DNA of 63,439 nucleotides, filler included, from Octopus bimaculoides (taxonomy: Eukaryota), in assembly GCF_001194135.2 (NCBI RefSeq). It is 5 parts of 5 records of this genome, joined end to end, with 100 filler letters (N's around TTAATTAATTAA, not from the genome) between each part and the next. Parts side by side here need not be neighbours in the genome. Positions count along the whole stretch, not along the records: positions 60,914 to 63,439 come from NC_068984.1; 4 more parts are not named here. The stretch is one strand, 5' to 3'. The translations under genes were made by a program, and so were the position numbers. The notes beneath the pieces were generated by a model. That model was not told where the DNA came from. It searched no databases and saw nothing but the letters and a program-made list of their open reading frames with translations. Each line of letters opens with the position of its first letter. Within the stretch, counting starts at the first letter, position 1. This document shows positions 61,060-63,439 of this stretch, in pieces.

Positions 61060-61750
61060 CATATCTAGACATGCTCACATATATTTAAATGATAAACTTC
61101 TGGAATATTTTACAGATTTTTTACAGTTCCTTTCTGGTTTTGAGAAGCCTAATTTCTCAAGATTGGCATTTAGGCAGTGTGTTACATATCCCAAGGCCCC
61201 AGTATTTACAGGTATAAACCTAAACTTGTAATCTGGATAGAGTAACTGCAGATTTCTCAATAGTTCAGCATAGGTGTTCAGTTTTTCACTGATCTTCAGA
61301 TTTATGATAGCATCTACTGGGCATCTAATTTCCACAACTGTGCACAGTTTCTCTTCTCTATCCCAAACCCTTATATCATGTCTGTTGTATTTACATTTTA
61401 TTGAAGTCCTCACTAGTACATACCATCAGTATTCCTTATTATAATGAGTGGCTATGGCTTCTACTATATTATGTATTCTTATTTCTTCATGACATTTTCG
61501 GACAACTGCTTGTGGGTGATATCTTCTGTGTGAACTCCAAAAAGGCTACATTGGTTGTCACACTTTACGGCTTTATCTGCATCTCTGATTGATATTTCCT
61601 GTTTCTGGATTGCAAACGTATACCCTTCAAAGTGGGCGGTAGTAATCCGGCTATTGGTCCATGTTAAACTGCTTTGATGATCGATGTTACTGTCATCACG
61701 GTGCTTTCTAGGAACATATCCACGCATAGTCTTCTGCTCATATAGGCTCA
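61060..61750 (-). mobile_element. RLE-type (R2/NeSL/R4 superfamily) LINE 3' fragment
   Basis: HFEGYTFAIQKQEI...CDNQCSLFGVHTEDITH (decayed CCHC knuckle), then NRHDIRVWDREEKLCTVVEIRCP..I..K.SEKLNTY..L and FIPV.TGALG (PD..D/E nuclease relic). Confidence 0.82.
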
Positions 61751-61752
61751 TG

Positions 61753-61786
<34 letters not shown>

Positions 61787-62399
61787 TGTATGTATGTATG
61801 TGTGTGTACATATAGACACACATACACGTAACACACGTAATATATTTTAGTAAAATATATTTCCATCGAAATGTTGGAGCAGTGATACATTATTACTCGT
61901 AGATAATTATCAGTTATACAACTGAAAGAAAATAGACATCAGAAGGAAAAAGTATATATCGAACAACACCCACATGTGAACAACTGGAGAATGTTATTAG
62001 ATTACAGTAGCTCGTTATATTGCATTATAGTGTAAAGTAAGCATAACTCATACTATACATATATCTGGCATTCCACATTTTAAAACTAAAACAAAAAATA
62101 AGTGCTAATGTATAATGTGAAATTTCGAAACTTATGTATTCGGAGAAATATAAGAAATTTAAGGAAATCTTATACGGCATGTGAATTGTATGTGTATGTT
62201 ATTATGAGAGCTAAGAAGATTACAGGAAAAGAAAACTATACTTTAATGCACTGCGTCATACATATTAAGTCATTTATTATATGTATTTATTTTATTATAT
62301 GTATTTATTTTATTATTATTCTATTCTTGTTCAATTTCAATGTTACACATTAAGAATTTCGTTTAAACATACATTCAATTACACACACACATATATACA

Positions 62400-62670
62400 C
62401 GGTAGACGAAAACTGGAAGAAGCTCGTCGTATATATATATATGTGCGTGTGTTTGTGTTTGTGTTTGTCCCCCCACCCCCCACCCCAACATCACTTGAAA
62501 ACCGATGCTGGTGTCACCGTAACTTAACGGTTCGGCAAAAGAAGCAGCTGGGATAAGTACTATGTTTGCAAAGGGTAAGTTCTGGGGCCGATTTGCTCGA
62601 CTAAAGGCAGTACTCCAGCATGGCCGCAGTCAAATAACTGAACTAAATAAAAGAATAAAAGAATACACAC
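62400..62670 (+). mobile_element. Family C SINE central/3' part with internal microsatellite and (AAAAGAAT)n tail
   Basis: Contains gaagaagctcgtcgtatatat..gtgtttgtcccc...ccagcatggccgcagtcaaataactgaac. Confidence 0.85.
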
Positions 62671-62937
62671 NNNNNNNNNNNNNNNNNNNNNNNNNNNNNN
62701 NNNNNNNNNNNNNNNNNNNNNNNNNNNNNNNNNNNNNNNNNNNNNNNNNNNNNNNNNNNNNNNNNNNNNNNNNNNNNNNNNNNNNNNNNNNNNNNNNNNN
62801 NNNNNNNNNNNNNNNNNNNNNNNNNNNNNNNNNNNNNNNNNNNNNNNNNNNNNNNNNNNNNNNNNNNNNNNNNNNNNNNNNNNNNNNNNNNNNNNNNNNN
62901 NNNNNNNNNNNNNNNNNNNNNNATATATATATATATA

Positions 62938-63439
62938 CAGGGGTTGAACGAAATAATGGAAACACCTAGCATCATAGCATCATAATGTCAAAAGTTTGTT
63001 TATTTTTATGTTTTTTGATTTATTATCAGTGTTGCTTAATATTTTTTGCTGAAATTGCTGTTTCTTTTCAGATATCATCAGTAAAAGGTAATTAAAATTC
63101 ATTAAAATGCCAGATCTATCGGACTTTCAAAGAGGTCAAATTGTTGGCAGACGCTAGCGTGACGAAAACAGCCGAAATGTTTGTTGGATCAAGAAGTACT
63201 GTCGCGAAAGTAATGACAGCCTTTTAGAAAGAGGAAAAAACCTCATCATCGAGACAAAACTCTGGAAGAGAGCTTAATGACCACCTCGAGAACCCAGTTT
63301 CCACAAAAATTGTTCGCTGGGTGCTGCACAAAGCCGGGTTTCACGGGTGGGGATGGGTTCTGCAATCAGAAAACCACTACTTTCAAATACAAACGTTGCA
63401 AAGCGTTTAGAGTGGAGTAAAAACCTTCAGGATTGGTCT
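62938..63439 (+). mobile_element. Tc1 element 5' part, same family as 59463-60420; runs off the window
   Basis: TA+CAGGGGTTGAACGAAATAATGGAAACAC; ATG at 63107 (MPDLSDFQRGQIVG); aligns with the reverse complement of 59890-60420. Confidence 0.9.

Overview
AT-rich (estimated by eye), microsatellite-dense, gapped eukaryotic DNA. The repeat families and style suggest an octopus draft genome (inference, no database search run). I found no supportable host protein-coding gene, rRNA, tRNA or CRISPR array. Nearly all interpretable sequence is decayed transposable element. Retroelements: Penelope-like elements (GIY-YIG and RT fragments), several RTE/BovB-like LINEs, R4/Dong-type and other restriction-like-endonuclease (RLE) LINE 3' ends, a Gypsy RNase H relic and three tRNA-headed SINE families. 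DNA elements: Tigger, Merlin, Tc1 and mariner transposons, a piggyBac-like MITE and a Helentron-associated element. Four identical 100-bp spacers (44 N + TTAATTAATTAA + 44 N) are artificial, so the window is five separately assembled pieces. The most interesting signal is a set of ORF-less hammerhead-ribozyme motifs. One at 55114-55204 (minus strand) has a complete catalytic core. One at 48489-48535 is near-canonical. A family of degenerate copies shows a compensatory base-pair change. Other highlights are several fold-back hairpins, (TAA)n-embedded R4/Dong-like LINE ends, a BovB/Bov-A-like motif joined to a SINE head, and evidence that the commonest short repeat is an RTE 3' UTR rather than a SINE.
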